Source: Auanema rhodensis (Eukaryota > Animalia > Nematoda). Taken from it: 64,000 bases of DNA. Position 1 is the stretch's first letter. Each line of letters opens with the position of its first letter. Under the pieces are notes generated by a model. That model was not told where the DNA came from and did not search any database. It was given only the letters and a program-made list of their open reading frames with translations. This document shows positions 11,552 through 26,700 of this stretch, one piece after another. The translations under genes were made by a program, and so were the position numbers. The stretch is taken from the NCBI GenBank assembly GCA_964057225.1, contig OZ059898.1, positions 1,860,001 to 1,924,000 on the forward strand, written 5' to 3'.

Positions 11552-14500
11552 CTCGATTTTCACCCTGAAGAATTAATTTTTTCGTTGAATAACATTGTCC
11601 ATCGTCTTTGCCTTGAAAAAAGGAATCTAAAAACATCTACTTTTTGCTAAATTATTTTGAAATTTTTCGAAAAAATTTTTGTCAAAATGTTTTTGGAAGC
11701 AATGTTGAGTGTACATGGAAACTCAACATACACTAATGCATCATTTTTCAAACGATCATAACTAATTTTTGTATTAAGCGTTTCTCAATGTAGTATAGTG
11801 CATTCGATGCGGATTTTTAAGCTGCGTCGATCTGTGTTATCAGATTTGCGCTAGCTTAAAAATGCACCGAGATATCAACTGATATAAGTTCACACTTATA
11901 TCCTCGATTTTCACCCTGAAGAATTAATTTTTTCGTTGAATAACATTGTCCATCGTCTTTGCCTTGAAAAAAGGAATCTAAAAACATCTACTTTTTGCTA
12001 AATTATTTTGAAATTTTTCGAAAAAATTTTTGTCAAAATGTTTTTGGAAGCAATGTTGAGTGTACATGGAAACTCAACATACACTAATGCATCATTTTTC
12101 AAACGATCATAACTAATTTTTGTATTAAGCGTTTCTCAATGTAGTATAGTGCATTCGATGCGGATTTTTAAGCTGCGTCGATCTGTGTTATCAGATTTGC
12201 GCTAGCTTAAAAATGCACCGAGATATCAACTGATATAAGTTCACACTTATATCCTCGATTTTCACCCTGAAGAATTAATTTTTTCGTTGAATAACATTGT
12301 CCATCGTCTTTGCCTTGAAAAAAGGAATCTAAAAACATCTACTTTTTGCTAAATTATTTTGAAATTTTTCGAAAAAATTTTTGTCAAAATGTTTTTGGAA
12401 GCAATGTTGAGTGTACATGGAAACTCAACATACACTAATGCATCATTTTTCGAACGATCATAACTAATTTTTGTATTAAGCGTTTCTCAATGTAGTATAG
12501 TGCATTCGATGCGGATTTTTAAGCTGCGTCGATCTGTGTTATCAGATTTGCGCTAGCTTAAAAATGCACCGAGATATCAACTGATATAAGTTCACACTTA
12601 TATCCTCGATTTTCACCCTGAAGAATTAATTTTTTCGTTGAATAACATTGTCCATCGTCTTTGCCTTGAAAAAAGGAATCTAAAAACATCTACTTTTTGC
12701 TAAATTATTTTGAAATTTTTCGAAAAAATTTTTGTCAAAATGTTTTTGGAAGCAATGTTGAGTGTACATGGAAACTCAACATACACTAATGCATCATTTT
12801 TCAAACGATCATAACTAATTTTTGTATTAAGCGTTTCTCAATGTAGTATAGTGCATTCGATGCGGATTTTTAAGCTGCGTCGATCTGTGTTATCAGATTT
12901 GCGCTAGCTTAAAAATGCACCGAGATATCTACTGATATAAGTTCACACTTATATCCTCGATTTTCACCCTGAAGAATTAATTTTTTCGTTGAATAACATT
13001 GTCCATCGTCTTTGCCTTGAAAAAAGGAATCTAAAAACATCTACTTTTTGCTAAATTATTTTGAAATTTTTCGAAAAAATTTTTGTCAAAATGTTTTTGG
13101 AAGCAATGTTGAGTGTACATGGAAACTCAACATACACTAATGCATCATTTTTCAAACGATCATAACTAATTTTTGTATTAAGCGTTTCTCAATGTAGTAT
13201 AGTGCATTCGATGCGGATTTTTAAGCTGCGTCGATCTGTGTTATCAGATTTGCGCTAGCTTAAAAATGCACCGAGATATCAACTGATATAAGTTCACACT
13301 TATATCCTCGATTTTCACCCTGAAGAATTAATTTTTTCGTTGAATAACATTGTCCATCGTCTTTGCCTTGAAAAAAGGAATCTAAAAACATCTACTTTTT
13401 GCTAAATTATTCTGAAATTTTTCGAAAAAATTTTTGTCAAAATGTTTTTGGAAGCAATGTTGAGTGTACATGGAAACTCAACATACACTAATGCATCATT
13501 TTTCAAACGATCATAACTAATTTTTGTATTAAGCGTTTCTCAATGTAGTATAGTGCATTCGATGCGGATTTTTAAGCTGCGTCGATCTGTGTTATCAGAT
13601 TTGCGCTAGCTTAAAAATGCACCGAGATATCAACTGATATAAGTTCACACTTATATCCTCGATTTTCACCCTGAAGAATTAATTTTTTCGTTGAATAACA
13701 TTGTCCATCGTCTTTGCCTTGAAAAAAGGAATCTAAAAACATCTACTTTTTGCTAAATTATTTTGAAATTTTTCGAAAAAATTTTTGTCAAAATGTTTTT
13801 GGAAGCAATGTTGAGTGTACATGGAAACTCAACATACACTAATGCATCATTTTTCAAACGATCATAACTAATTTTTGTATTAAGCGTTTCTCAATGTAGT
13901 ATAGTGCATTCAATGCGGATTTTTAAGCTGCGTCGATCTGTGTTATCAGATTTGCGCTAGCTTAAAAATGCACCGAGATATCAACTGATATAAGTTCACA
14001 CTTATATCCTCGATTTTCACCCTGAAGAATTAATTTTTTCGTTGAATAACATTGTCCATCGTCTTTGCCTTGAAAAAAGGAATCTAAAAACATCTACTTT
14101 TTGCTAAATTATTTTGAAATTTTTCGAAAAAATTTTTGTCAAAATGTTTTTGGAAGCAATGTTGAGTGTACATGGAAACTCAACATACACTAATGCATCA
14201 TTTTTCAAACAATCATAACTAATTTTTGTATTAAGCGTTTCTCAATGTAGTATAGTGCATTCGATGCGGATTTTTAAGCTGCGTCGATCTGTGTTATCAG
14301 ATTTGCGCTAGCTTAAAAATGCACCGAGATATCAACTGATATAAGTTCACACTTATATCCTCGATTTTCACCCTGAAGAATTAATTTTTTCGTTGAATAA
14401 CATTGTCCATCGTCTTTGCCTTGAAAAAAGGAATCTAAAAACATCTACTTTTTGCTAAATTATTTTGAAATTTTTCGAAAAAATTTTTGTCAAAATGTTT

Positions 14501-14742
14501 TTGAAAGCAATGTTGAGTGTACATGGAAACTCAACATACACTAATGCATCATTTTTCAAACGATCATAACTAATTTTTGTATTAAGCGTTTCTCAATGTA
14601 GTATAGTGCATTCGATGCGGATTTTTAAGCTGCGTCGATCTGTGTTATCAGATTTGCGCTAGCTTAAAAATGCACCGAGATATCAACTGATATAAGTTCA
14701 CACTTATATCCTCGATTTTCACCCTGAAGAATTAATTTTTTC

Positions 14743-17700
14743 GTTGAATAACATTGTCCATCGTCTTTGCCTTGAAAAAAGGAATCTAAAAACATCTACT
14801 TTTTGCTAAATTATTTTGAAATTTTTCGAAAAAATTTTTGTCAAAATGTTTTTGGAAGCAATGTTGAGTGTACATGGAAACTCAACATACACTAATGCAT
14901 TATTTTTCAAACGATCATAACTAATTTTTGTATTAAGCGTTTCTCAATGTAGTATAGTGCATTCGATGCGGATTTTTAAGCTGCGTCGATCTGTGTTATC
15001 AGATTTGCGCTAGCTTAAAAATGCACCGAGATATCAACTGATATAAGTTCACACTTATATCCTCGATTTTCACCCTGAAGAATTAATTTTTTCGTTGAAT
15101 AACATTGTCCATCGTCTTTGCCTTGAAAAAAGGAATCTAAAAACATCTACTTTTTGCTAAATTATTTTGAAATTTTTCGAAAAAATTTTTGTCAAAATGT
15201 TTTTGGAAGCAATGTTGAGTGTACATGGAAACTCAACATACACTAATGCATCATTTTTCAAACGATCATAACTAATTTTTGTATTAAGCGTTTCTCAATG
15301 TAGTATAGTGCATTCGATGCGGATTTTTAAGCTGCGTCGATCTGTGTTATCAGATTTGCGCTAGCTTAAAAATGGACCGAGATATCAATTGATATAAGTT
15401 CACACTTATATCCTCGATTTTCACCCTGAAGAATTAATTTTTTCGTTGAATAACATTGTCCATCGTCTTTGCCTTGAAAAAAGGAATCTAAAAACATCTA
15501 CTTTTTGCTAAATTATTTTGAAATTTTTCGAAAAAATTTTTGTCAAAATGTTTTTGGAAGCAATGTTGAGTGTACATGGAAACTCAACATACACTAATGC
15601 ATTATTTTTCAAACGATCATAACTAATTTTTGTATTAAGCGTTTCTCAATGTAGTATAGTGCATTCGATGCGGATTTTTAAGCTGCGTCGATCTGTGTTA
15701 TCAGATTTGCGCTAGCTTAAAAATGCACCGAGATATCATTTGATATAAGTTCACACTTATATCCTCGATTTTCACCCTGAAGAATTAATTTTTTCGTTGA
15801 ATAACATTGTCCATCGTCTTTGCCTTGAAAAAAGGAATCTAAAAACATCTACTTTTTGCTAAATTATTTTGAAATTTTTCGAAAAAATTTTTGTCAAAAT
15901 GTTTTTGGAAGCAATGTTGAGTGTACATGGAAACTCAACATACACTAATGCATCATTTTTCAAACGATCATAACTAATTTTTGTATTAAGCGTTTCTCAA
16001 TGTAGTATAGTGCATTCGATGCGGATTTTTAAGCTGCGTCGATCTGTGTTATCAGATTTGCGCTAGCTTAAAAATGCACCGAGATATCATTTGATATAAG
16101 TTCACACTTATATCCTCGATTTTCACCCTGAAGAATTAATTTTTTCGTTGAATAACATTGTCCATCGTCTCTGCCTTGAAAAAAGAAATCTAAAAACATC
16201 TACTTTTTGCTAAATTATTTTGAAATCTTTCGAAAAAATTTTTGTCAAAATGTTTTTGGAAGCAATGTTGAGTGTACATGGAAACTCAACATACACTAAT
16301 GCATTATTTTTCAAACGATCATAACTAATTTTTGTATTAAGCGTTTCTCAATGTAGTATAGTGCATTCGATGCGGATTTTTAAGCTGCGTCGATCTGTGT
16401 TATCAGATTTGCGCTAGCTTAAAAATGCACCGAGATATCATTTGATATAAGTTCACACTTATATCCTCGATTTTCACCCTGAAGAATTAATTTTTTCGTT
16501 GAATAACATTGTCCATCGTCTTTGCCTTGAAAAAAGGAATCTAAAAACATCTACTTTTTGCTAAATTATTTTGAAATTTTTCGAAAAAATTTTTGTCAAA
16601 ATGTTTTTGGAAGCAATGTTGAGTGTACATGGAAACTCAACATACACTAATGCATCATTTTTCAAACGATCATAACTAATTTTTGTATTAAGCGTTTCTC
16701 AATGTAGTATAGTGCATTCGATGCGGATTTTTAAGCTGCGTCGATCTGTGTTATCAGATTTGCGCTAGCTTAAAAATGCACCGAGATATCATTTGATATA
16801 AGTTCACACTTATATCCTCGATTTTCACCCTGAAGAATTAATTTTTTCGTTGAATAACATTGTCCATCGTCTCTGCCTTGAAAAAAGAAATCTAAAAACA
16901 TCTACTTTTTGCTAAATTATTTTGAAATCTTTCGAAAAAATTTTTGTCAAAATGTTTTTGGAAGCAATGTTGAGTGTACATGGAAACTCAACATACACTA
17001 ATGCATTATTTTTCAAACGATCATAACTAATTTTTGTATTAAGCGTTTCTCAATGTAGTATAGTGCATTCGATGCGGATTTTTAAGCTGCGTCGATCTGT
17101 GTTATCAGATTTGCGCTAGCTTAAAAATCCACCGAGATATCAACTGATATAAGTTCACACTTATATCCTCGATTTTCACCCTGAAGAATTAATTTTTTCG
17201 TTGAATAACATTGTCCATCGTCTTTGCCTTGAAAAAAGGAATCTAAAAACATCTACTTTTTGCTAAATTATTTTGAAATTTTTCGAAAAAATTTTTGTCA
17301 AAATGTTTTTGGAAGCAATGTTGAGTGTACATGAAAACTCAACATACACTAATGCATCATTTTTCAAACGATCATAACTAATTTTTGTATTAAGCGTTTC
17401 TCAATGTAGTATAGTGCATTCGATGCGGATTTTTAAGCTGCGTCGATCTGTGTTATCAGATTTGCGCTAGCTTAAAAATGGACCGAGATATCAATTGATA
17501 TAAGTTCACACTTATATCCTCGATTTTCACCCTGAAGAATTAATTTTTTCGTTGAATAACATTGTCCATCGTCTTTGCCTTGAAAAAAGGAATCTAAAAA
17601 CATCTACTTTTTGCTAAATTATTTTGAAATTTTTCGAAAAAATTTTTGTCAAAATGTTTTTGGAAGCAATGTTGAGTGTACATGGAAACTCAACATACAC

Positions 17701-20700
17701 TAATGCATTATTTTTCAAACGATCATAACTAATTTTTGTATTAAGCGTTTCTCAATGTAGTATAGTGCATTCGATGCGGATTTTTAAGCTGCGTCGATCT
17801 GTGTTATCAGATTTGCGCTAGCTTAAAAATCCACCGAGATATCAACTGATATAAGTTCACACTTATATCCTCGATTTTCACCCTGAAGAATTAATTTTTT
17901 CGTTGAATAACATTGTCCATCGTCTTTGCCTTGAAAAAAGGAATCTAAAAACATCTACTTTTTGCTAAATTATTTTGAAATTTTTCGAAAAAATTTTTGT
18001 CAAAATGTTTTTGGAAGCAATTTTGAGTGTACATGGAAACTCAACATACACTAATGCATTATTTTTCAAACGATCATAACTAATTTTTGTATTAAGCGTT
18101 TCTCAATGTAGTATAGTGCATTCGATGCGGATTTTTAAGCTGCGTCGATCTGTGTTATCAGATTTGCGCTAGCTTAAAAATCCACCGAGATATCAACTGA
18201 TATAAGTTCACACTTATATCCTCGATTTTCACCCTGAAGAATTAATTTTTTCGTTGAATAACATTGTCCATCGTCTTTGCCTTGAAAAAAGGAATCTAAA
18301 AACATCTACTTTTTGCTAAATTATTTTGAAATTTTTCGAAAAAATTTTTGTCAAAATGTTTTTGGAAGCAATGTTGAGTGTACATGAAAACTCAACATAC
18401 ACTAATGCATCATTTTTCAAACGATCATAACTAATTTTTGTATTAAGCGTTTCTCAATGTAGTATAGTGCATTCGATGCGGATTTTTAAGCTGCGTCGAT
18501 CTGTGTTATCAGATTTGCGCTAGCTTAAAAATGGACCGAGATATCAATTGATATAAGTTCACACTTATATCCTCGATTTTCACCCTGAAGAATTAATTTT
18601 TTCGTTGAATAACATTGTCCATCGTCTTTGCCTTGAAAAAAGGAATCTAAAAACATCTACTTTTTGCTAAATTATTTTGAAATTTTTCGAAAAAATTTTT
18701 GTCAAAATGTTTTTGGAAGCAATGTTGAGTGTACATGGAAACTCAACATACACTAATGCATCATTTTTCAAACGATCATAACTAATTTTTGTATTAAGCG
18801 TTTCTCAATGTAGTATAGTGCATTCGATGCGGATTTTTAAGCTGCGTCGATCTGTGTTATCAGATTTGCGCTAGCTTAAAAATGCACCGAGATATCATTT
18901 GATATAAGTTCACACTTATATCCTCGATTTTCACCCTGAAGAATTAATTTTTTCGTTGAATAACATTGTCCATCGTCTCTGCCTTGAAAAAAGAAATCTA
19001 AAAACATCTACTTTTTGCTAAATTATTTTGAAATCTTTCGAAAAAATTTTTGTCAAAATGTTTTTGGAAGCAATGTTGAGTGTACATGGAAACTCAACAT
19101 ACACTAATGCATCATTTTTCAAACGATCATAACTAATTTTTGTATTAAGCGTTTCTCAATGTAGTATAGTGCATTCGATGCGGATTTTTAAGCTGCGTCG
19201 ATCTGTGTTATCAGATTTGCGCTAGCTTAAAAATGCACCGAGATATCAACTGATATAAGTTCACACTTATATCCTCGATTTTCACCCTGAAGAATTAATT
19301 TTTTCGTTGAATAACATTGTCCATCGTCTTTGCCTTGAAAAAAGGAATCTAAAAACATCTACTTGTTGCTAAATTATTTTGAAATTTTTCGAAAAAATTT
19401 TTGTCAAAATGTTTTTGGAAGCAATGTTGAGTGTACATGGAAACTCAACATACACTAATGCATTATTTTTCAAACGATCATAACTAATTTTTGTATTAAG
19501 CGTTTCTCAATGTAGTATAGTGCATTCGATGCGGATTTTTAAGCTGCGTCGATCTGTGTTATCAGATTTGCGCTAGCTTAAAAATCCACCGAGATATCAA
19601 CTGATATAAGTTCACACTTATATCCTCGATTTTCACCCTGAAGAATTAATTTTTTCGTTGAATAACATTGTCCATCGTCTTTGCCTTGAAAAAAGGAATC
19701 TAAAAACATCTACTTTTTGCTAAATTATTTTGAAATTTTTCGAAAAAATTTTTGTCAAAATGTTTTTGGAAGCAATGTTGAGTGTACATGGAAACTCAAC
19801 ATACACTAATGCATCATTTTTCAAACGATCATAACTAATTTTTGTATTAAGCGTTTCTCAATGTAGTATAGTGCATTCGATGCGGATTTTTAAGCTGCGT
19901 CGATCTGTGTTATCAGATTTGCGCTAGCTTAAAAATGCACCGAGATATCAACTGATATAAGTTCACACTTATATCCTCGATTTTCACCCTGAAGAATTAA
20001 TTTTTTCGTTGAATAACATTGTCCATCGTCTTTGCCTTAAAAAAAGGAATCTAAAAACATCTACTTTTTGCTAAATTATTTTGAAATTTTTCGAAAAAAT
20101 TTTTGTCAAAATGTTTTTGGAAGCAATGTTGAGTGTACATGGAAACTCAACATACACTAATGCATCATTTTTCAAACGATCATAACTAATTTTTGTATTA
20201 AGCGTTTCTCAATGTAGTATAATGCATTCGATGCGGATTTTTAAGCTGCGTCGATCTGTGTTATCAGATTTGCGCTAGCTTAAAAATGCACCGAGATATC
20301 AACTGATATAAGTTCACACTTATATCCTCGATTTTCACCCTGAAGAATTAATTTTTTCGTTGAATAACATTGTCCATCGTCTTTGCCTTGAAAAAAGGAA
20401 TCTAAAAACATCTACTTTTTGCTAAATTATTTTGAAATTTTTCGAAAAAATTTTTGTCAAAATGTTTTTGGAAGCAATGTTGAGTGTACATGGAAACTCA
20501 ACATACACTAATGCATCATTTTTCAAACGATCATAACTAATTTTTGTATTAAGCGTTTCTCAATGTAGTATAGTGCATTCGATGCGGATTTTTAAGCTGC
20601 GTCGATCTGTGTTATCAGATTTGCGCTAGCTTAAAAATGCACCGAGATATCAACTGATATAAGTTCACACTTATATCCTCGATTTTTACCCTGAAGAATT

Positions 20701-23700
20701 AATTTTTTCGTTGAATAACATTGTCCATCGTCTTTGCCTTGAAAAAAGGAATCTAAAAACATCTACTTTTTGCTAAATTATTTTGAAATTTTTCGAAAAA
20801 ATTTTTGTCAAAATGTTTTTGGAAGCAATGTTGAGTGTACATGGAAACTCAACATACACTAATGCATCATTTTTCAAACGATCATAACTAATTTTTGTAT
20901 TAAGCGTTTCTCAATGTAGTATAGTGCATTCGATGCGGATTTTTAAGCTGCGTCGATCTGTGTTATCAGATTTGCGCTAGCTTAAAAATGCACCGAGATA
21001 TCATTTGATATAAGTTCACACTTATATCCTCGATTTTCACCCTGAAGAATTAATTTTTTCGTTGAATAACATTGTCCATCGTCTTTGCCTTGAAAAAAGG
21101 AATCTAAAAACATCTACTTTTTGCTAAATTATTTTGAAATTTTTCGAAAAAATTTTTGTCAAAATGTTTTTGGAAGCAATGTTGAGTGTACATGGAAACT
21201 CAACATACACTAATGCATCATTTTTCAAACGATCATAACTAATTTTTGTATTAAGCGTTTCTCAATGTAGTATAGTGCATTCGATGCGGATTTTTAAGCT
21301 GCGTCGATCTGTGTTATCAGATTTGCGCTAGCTTAAAAATGCACCGAGATATCATTTGATATAAGTTCACACTTATATCCTCGATTTTAACCCTGAAGAA
21401 TTAATTTTTTCGTTGAATAACATTGTCCATCGTCTTTGCCTTGAAAAAAGGAATCTAAAAACATCTACTTTTTGCTAAATTATTTTGAAATTTTTCGAAA
21501 AAATTTTTGTCAAAATGTTTTTGGAAGCAATGTTGAGTGTACATGGAAACTCAACATACACTAATGCATCATTTTTCAAACGATCATAACTAATTTTTGT
21601 ATTAAGCGTTTCTCAATGTAGTATAGTGCATTCGATGCGGATTTTTAAGCTGCGTCGATCTGTGTTATCAGATTTGCGCTAGCTTAAAAATCCACCGAGA
21701 TATCAACTGATATAAGTTCACACTTATATCCTCGATTTTCACCCTGAAGAATTAATTTTTTCGTTGAATAACATTGTCCATCGTCTTTGCCTTGAAAAAA
21801 GGAATCTAAAAACATCTACTTTTTGCTAAATTATTTTGAAATTTTTCGAAAAAATTTTTGTCAAAATGTTTTTGGAAGCAATGTTGAGTGTACATGGAAA
21901 CTCAACATACACTAATGCATCATTTTTCAAACGATCATAACTAATTTTTGTATTAAGCGTTTCTCAATGTAGTATAGTGCATCCTATGCGGATTTTTAAG
22001 CTGCGTCGATCTGTGTTATCAGATTTGCGCTAGCTTAAAAATGCACCGAGATATCATTTGATATAAGTTCACACTTATATCCTCGATTTTCACCCTGAAG
22101 AATTAATTTTTTCGTTGAATAACATTGTCCATCGTCTTTGCCTTGAAAAAAGGAATCTAAAAACATCTACTTTTTGCTAAATTATTTTGAAATTTTTCGA
22201 AAAAATTTTTGTCAAAATGTTTTTGGAAGCAATGTTGAGTGTACATGGAAACTCAACATACACTAATGCATCATTTTTCAAACGATCATAACTAATTTTT
22301 GTATTAAGCGTTTCTCAATGTAGTATAGTGCATTCGATGCGGATTTTTAAGCTGCGTCGATCTGTGTTATCAGATTTGCGCTAGCTTAAAAATCCACCGA
22401 GATATCAACTGATATAAGTTCACACTTATATCCTCGATTTTCACCCTGAAGAATTAATTTTTTCGTTGAATAACATTGTCCATCGTCTTTGCCTTGAAAA
22501 AAGAAATCTAAAAACATCTACTTTTTGCTAAATTATTTTGAAATTTTTCGAAAAAATTTTTGTCAAAATGTTTTTGGAAGCAATGTTGAGTGTACATGGA
22601 AACTCAACATACACTAATGCATCATTTTTCAAACGATCATAACTAATTTTTGTATTAAGCGTTTCTCAATGTAGTATAGTGCATTCGATGCGGATTTTTA
22701 AGCTGCGTCGATCTGTGTTATCAGATTTGCGCTAGCTTAAAAATGCACCGAGATATCATTTGATATAAGTTCACACTTATATCCTCGATTTTCACCCTGA
22801 AGAATTAATTTTTTCGTTGAATAACATTGTCCATCGTCTTTGCCTTGAAAAAAGGAATCTAAAAACATCTACTTTTTGCTAAATTATTTTGAAATTTTTC
22901 GAAAAAATTTTTGTCAAAATGTTTTTGGAAGCAATGTTGAGTGTACATGGAAACTCAACATACACTAATGCATCATTTTTCAAACGATCATAACTAATTT
23001 TTGTATTAAGCGTTTCTCAATGTAGTATAGTGCATTCGATGCGGATTTTTAAGCTGCGTCGATCTGTGTTATCAGATTTGCGCTAGCTTAAAAATGCACC
23101 GAGATATCATTTGATATAAGTTCACACTTATATCCTCGATTTTCACCCTGAAGAATTAATTTTTTCGTTGAATAACATTGTCCATCGTCTCTGCCTTGAA
23201 AAAAGAAATCTAAAAACATCTACTTTTTGCTAAATTATCTTGAAATTTTTCGAAAAAATTTTTGTCAAAATGTTTTTGGAAGCAATGTTGAGTGTACATG
23301 GAAACTCAACATACACTAATGCATCATTTTTCAAACGATCATAACTAATTTTTGTATTAAGCGTTTCTCAATGTAGTATAGTGCATTCGATGCGGATTTT
23401 TAAGCTGCGTCGATCTGTGTTATCAGATTTGCGCTAGCTTAAAAATCCACCGAGATATCAACTGATATAAGTTCACACTTATATCCTCGATTTTCACCCT
23501 GAAGAATTAATTTTTTCGTTGAATAACATTGTCCATCGTCTTTGCCTTGAAAAAAGGAATCTAAAAACATCTACTTTTTGCTAAATTATCTTGAAATTTT
23601 TCGAAAAAATTTTTGTCAAAATGTTTTTGGAAGCAATGTTGAGTGTACATGGAAACTCAACATACACTAATGCATCATTTTTCAAACGATCATAACTAAT

Positions 23701-26700
23701 TTTTGTATTAAGCGTTTCTCAATGTAGTATAGTGCATTCGATGCGGATTTTTAAACTGCGTCGATCTGTGTTATCAGATTTGCGCTAGCTTAAAAATGCA
23801 CCGAGATATCATTTGATATAAGTTCACACTTATATCCTCGATTTTCACCCTGAAGAATTAATTTTTTCGTTGAATAACATTGTCCATCGTCTTTGCCTTG
23901 AAAAAAGGAATCTAAAAACATCTACTTTTTGCTAAATTATTTTGAAATTTTTCGAAAAAATTTTTGTCAAAATGTTTTTGGAAGCAATGTTGAGTGTACA
24001 TGGAAACTCAACATACACTAATGCATCATTTTTCAAACGATCATAACTAATTTTTGTATTAAGCGTTTCTCAATGTAGTATAGTGCATCCGATGCGGATT
24101 TTTAAGCTGCGTCGATCTGTGTTATCAGATTTGCGCTAGCTTAAAAATGCACCGAGATATCATTTGATATAAGTTCACACTTATATCCTCGATTTTCACC
24201 CTGAAGAATTAATTTTTTCGTTGAATAACATTGTCCATCGTCTTTGCCTTGAAAAAAGGAATCTAAAAACATCTACTTTTTGCTAAATTATTTTGAAATC
24301 TTTCGAAAAAATTTTTGTCAAAATGTTTTTGGAAGCAATGTTGAGTGTACATGGAAACTCAACATACACTAATGCATCATTTTTCAAACGATCATAACTA
24401 ATTTTTGTATTAAGCGTTTCTCAATGTAGTATAGTGCATTCGATGCGGATTTTTAAGCTGCGTCGATCTGTGTTATCAGATTTGCGCTAGCTTAAAAATC
24501 CACCGAGATATCAACTGATATAAGTTCACACTTATATCCTCGATTTTCACCCTGAAGAATTAATTTTTTCGTTGAATAACATTGTCCATCGTCTTTGCCT
24601 TGAAAAAAGAAATCTAAAAACATCTACTTTTTGCTAAATTATTTTGAAATTTTTCGAAAAAATTTTTGTCAAAATGTTTTTGGAAGCAATGTTGAGTGTA
24701 CATGGAAACTCAACATACACTAATGCATCATTTTTCAAACGATCATAACTAATTTTTGTATTAAGCGTTTCTCAATGTGGTATAGTGCATTCGATGCGGA
24801 TTTTTAAGCTGCGTCGATCTGTGTTATCAGATTTGCGCTAGCTTAAAAATGCACCGAGATATCATTTGATATAAGTTCACACTTATATCCTCGATTTTCA
24901 CCCTGAAGAATTAATTTTTTCGTTGAATAACATTGTCCATCGTCTTTGCCTTGAAAAAAGGAATCTAAAAACATCTACTTTTTGCTAAATTATTTTGAAA
25001 TTTTTCGAAAAAATTTTTGTCAAAATGTTTTTGGAAGCAATGTTGAGTGTACATGGAAACTCAACATACACTAATGCATCATTTTTCAAACGATCATAAC
25101 TAATTTTTGTATTAAGCGTTTCTCAATGTAATATAGTGCATTCGATGCGGATTTTTAAGCTGCGTCGATCTGTGTTATCAGATTTGCGCTAGCTTAAAAA
25201 TGCACCGAGATATCAACTGATATAAGTTCACACTTATATCCTCGATTTTCACCCTGAAGAATTAATTTTTTCGTTGAATAACATTGTCCATCGTCTCTGC
25301 CTTGAAAAAAGAAATCTAAAAACATCTACTTTTTGCTAAATTATTTTGAAATCTTTCGAAAAAATTTTTGTCAAAATGTTTTTGGAAGCAATGTTGAGTG
25401 TACATGGAAACTCAACATACACTAATGCATCATTTTTCAAACGATCATAACTAATTTTTGTATTAAGCGTTTCTCAATGTAGTATAGTGCATTCGATGCG
25501 GATTTTTAAGCTGCGTCGATCTGTGTTATCAGATTTGCGCTAGCTTAAAAATCCACCGAGATATCAACTGATATAAGTTCACACTTATATCCTCGATTTT
25601 CACCCTGAAGAATTAATTTTTTCGTTGAATAACATTGTCCATCGTCTTTGCCTTGAAAAAAGGAATCTAAAAACATCTACTTTTTGCTAAATTATTTTGA
25701 AATCTTTCGAAAAAATTTTTGTCAAAATGTTTTTGGAAGCAATGTTGAGTGTACATGGAAACTCAACATACACTAATGCATCATTTTTCAAACGATCATA
25801 ACTAATTTTTGTATTAAGCGTTTCTCAATGTGGTATAGTGCATTCGATGCGGATTTTTAAGCTGCGTCGATCTGTGTTATCAGATTTGCGCTAGCTTAAA
25901 AATGCACCGAGATATCATTTGATATAAGTTCACACTTATATCCTCGATTTTCACCCTGAAGAATTAATTTTTTCGTTGAATAACATTGTCCATCGTCTTT
26001 GCCTTGAAAAAAGGAATCTAAAAACATCTACTTTTTGCTAAATTATCTTGAAATTTTTCGAAAAAATTTTTGTCAAAATGTTTTTGGAAGCAATGTTGAG
26101 TGTACATGGAAACTCAACATACACTAATGCATCATTTTTCAATCAATCATAACTAATTTTTGTATTAAGCGTTTCTCAATGTAGTATAGTGCATTCGATG
26201 CGGATTTTTAAGCTGCGTCGATCTGTGTTATCAGATTTGCGCTAGCTTAAAAATGCACCGAGATATCAACTGATATAAGTTCACACTTATATCCTCGATT
26301 TTCACCCTGAAGAATTAATTTTTTAGTTGAATAACATTGTCCATCGTCTCTGCCTTGAAAAAAGGAATCTAAAAACATCTACTTTTTGCTAAATTATTTT
26401 GAAATTTTTCGAAAAAATTTTTGTCAAAATGTTTTTGGAAGCAATGTTGAGTGTACATGGAAACTCAACATACACTAATGCATCATTTTTCAAACGATCA
26501 TAACTAATTTTTGTATTAAGCGTTTCTCAATGTAGTATAGTGCATTCGATGCGGATTTTTAAGCTGCGTCGATCTGTGTTATCAGATTTGCGCTAGCTTA
26601 AAAATGCACCGAGATATCAACTGGTATAAGTTCACACTTATATCCTCGATTTTAACCCTGAAGAATTAATTTTTTCGTCGAATAACATTGTCCATCGTCT

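Larger units (their letters stand above)
11233..11583. repeat. Representative consensus 351-bp monomer (M33), ~31% GC, with an A/T-tract-rich part and a GC-richer dyad-rich part
   Basis: No departures from the majority sequence were seen in this copy. Hand count gives 53 G + 57 C in 351 bp. Positions 31-110 are ~19% GC and positions 191-290 are ~40% GC. Confidence 0.95.
1..14742. repeat. Satellite variant domain 1 (M1-M42)
   Basis: Recurrent private variants C85T (ttttttgaa), T74C (attctg), A294T (tctact) and A304T (tatatg) were not seen further right. The right boundary is approximate. Confidence 0.75.

Noticed and set aside
11233-11583. Monomer as an ancient dimer of ~175-bp subunits
   Set aside because: Only trivial similarity (ATAAC) was seen between the halves by eye. 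A self dot-plot would be needed, and nothing convincing is visible.
11233-11583. Tandem 5S rRNA, tRNA, snRNA or spliced-leader gene cluster
   Set aside because: I recognise no 5S sequence, tRNA cloverleaf or A/B boxes, or snRNA/SL sequence. AATTTTTG resembles an Sm site but is expected by chance in AT-rich DNA. An Rfam cmscan would settle it.
11530-11583. Rho-independent terminator (hairpin followed by a T-run)
   Set aside because: The stem is AT-rich, the T-tract is not adjacent, there is no upstream gene, and the context is a eukaryote-type satellite.
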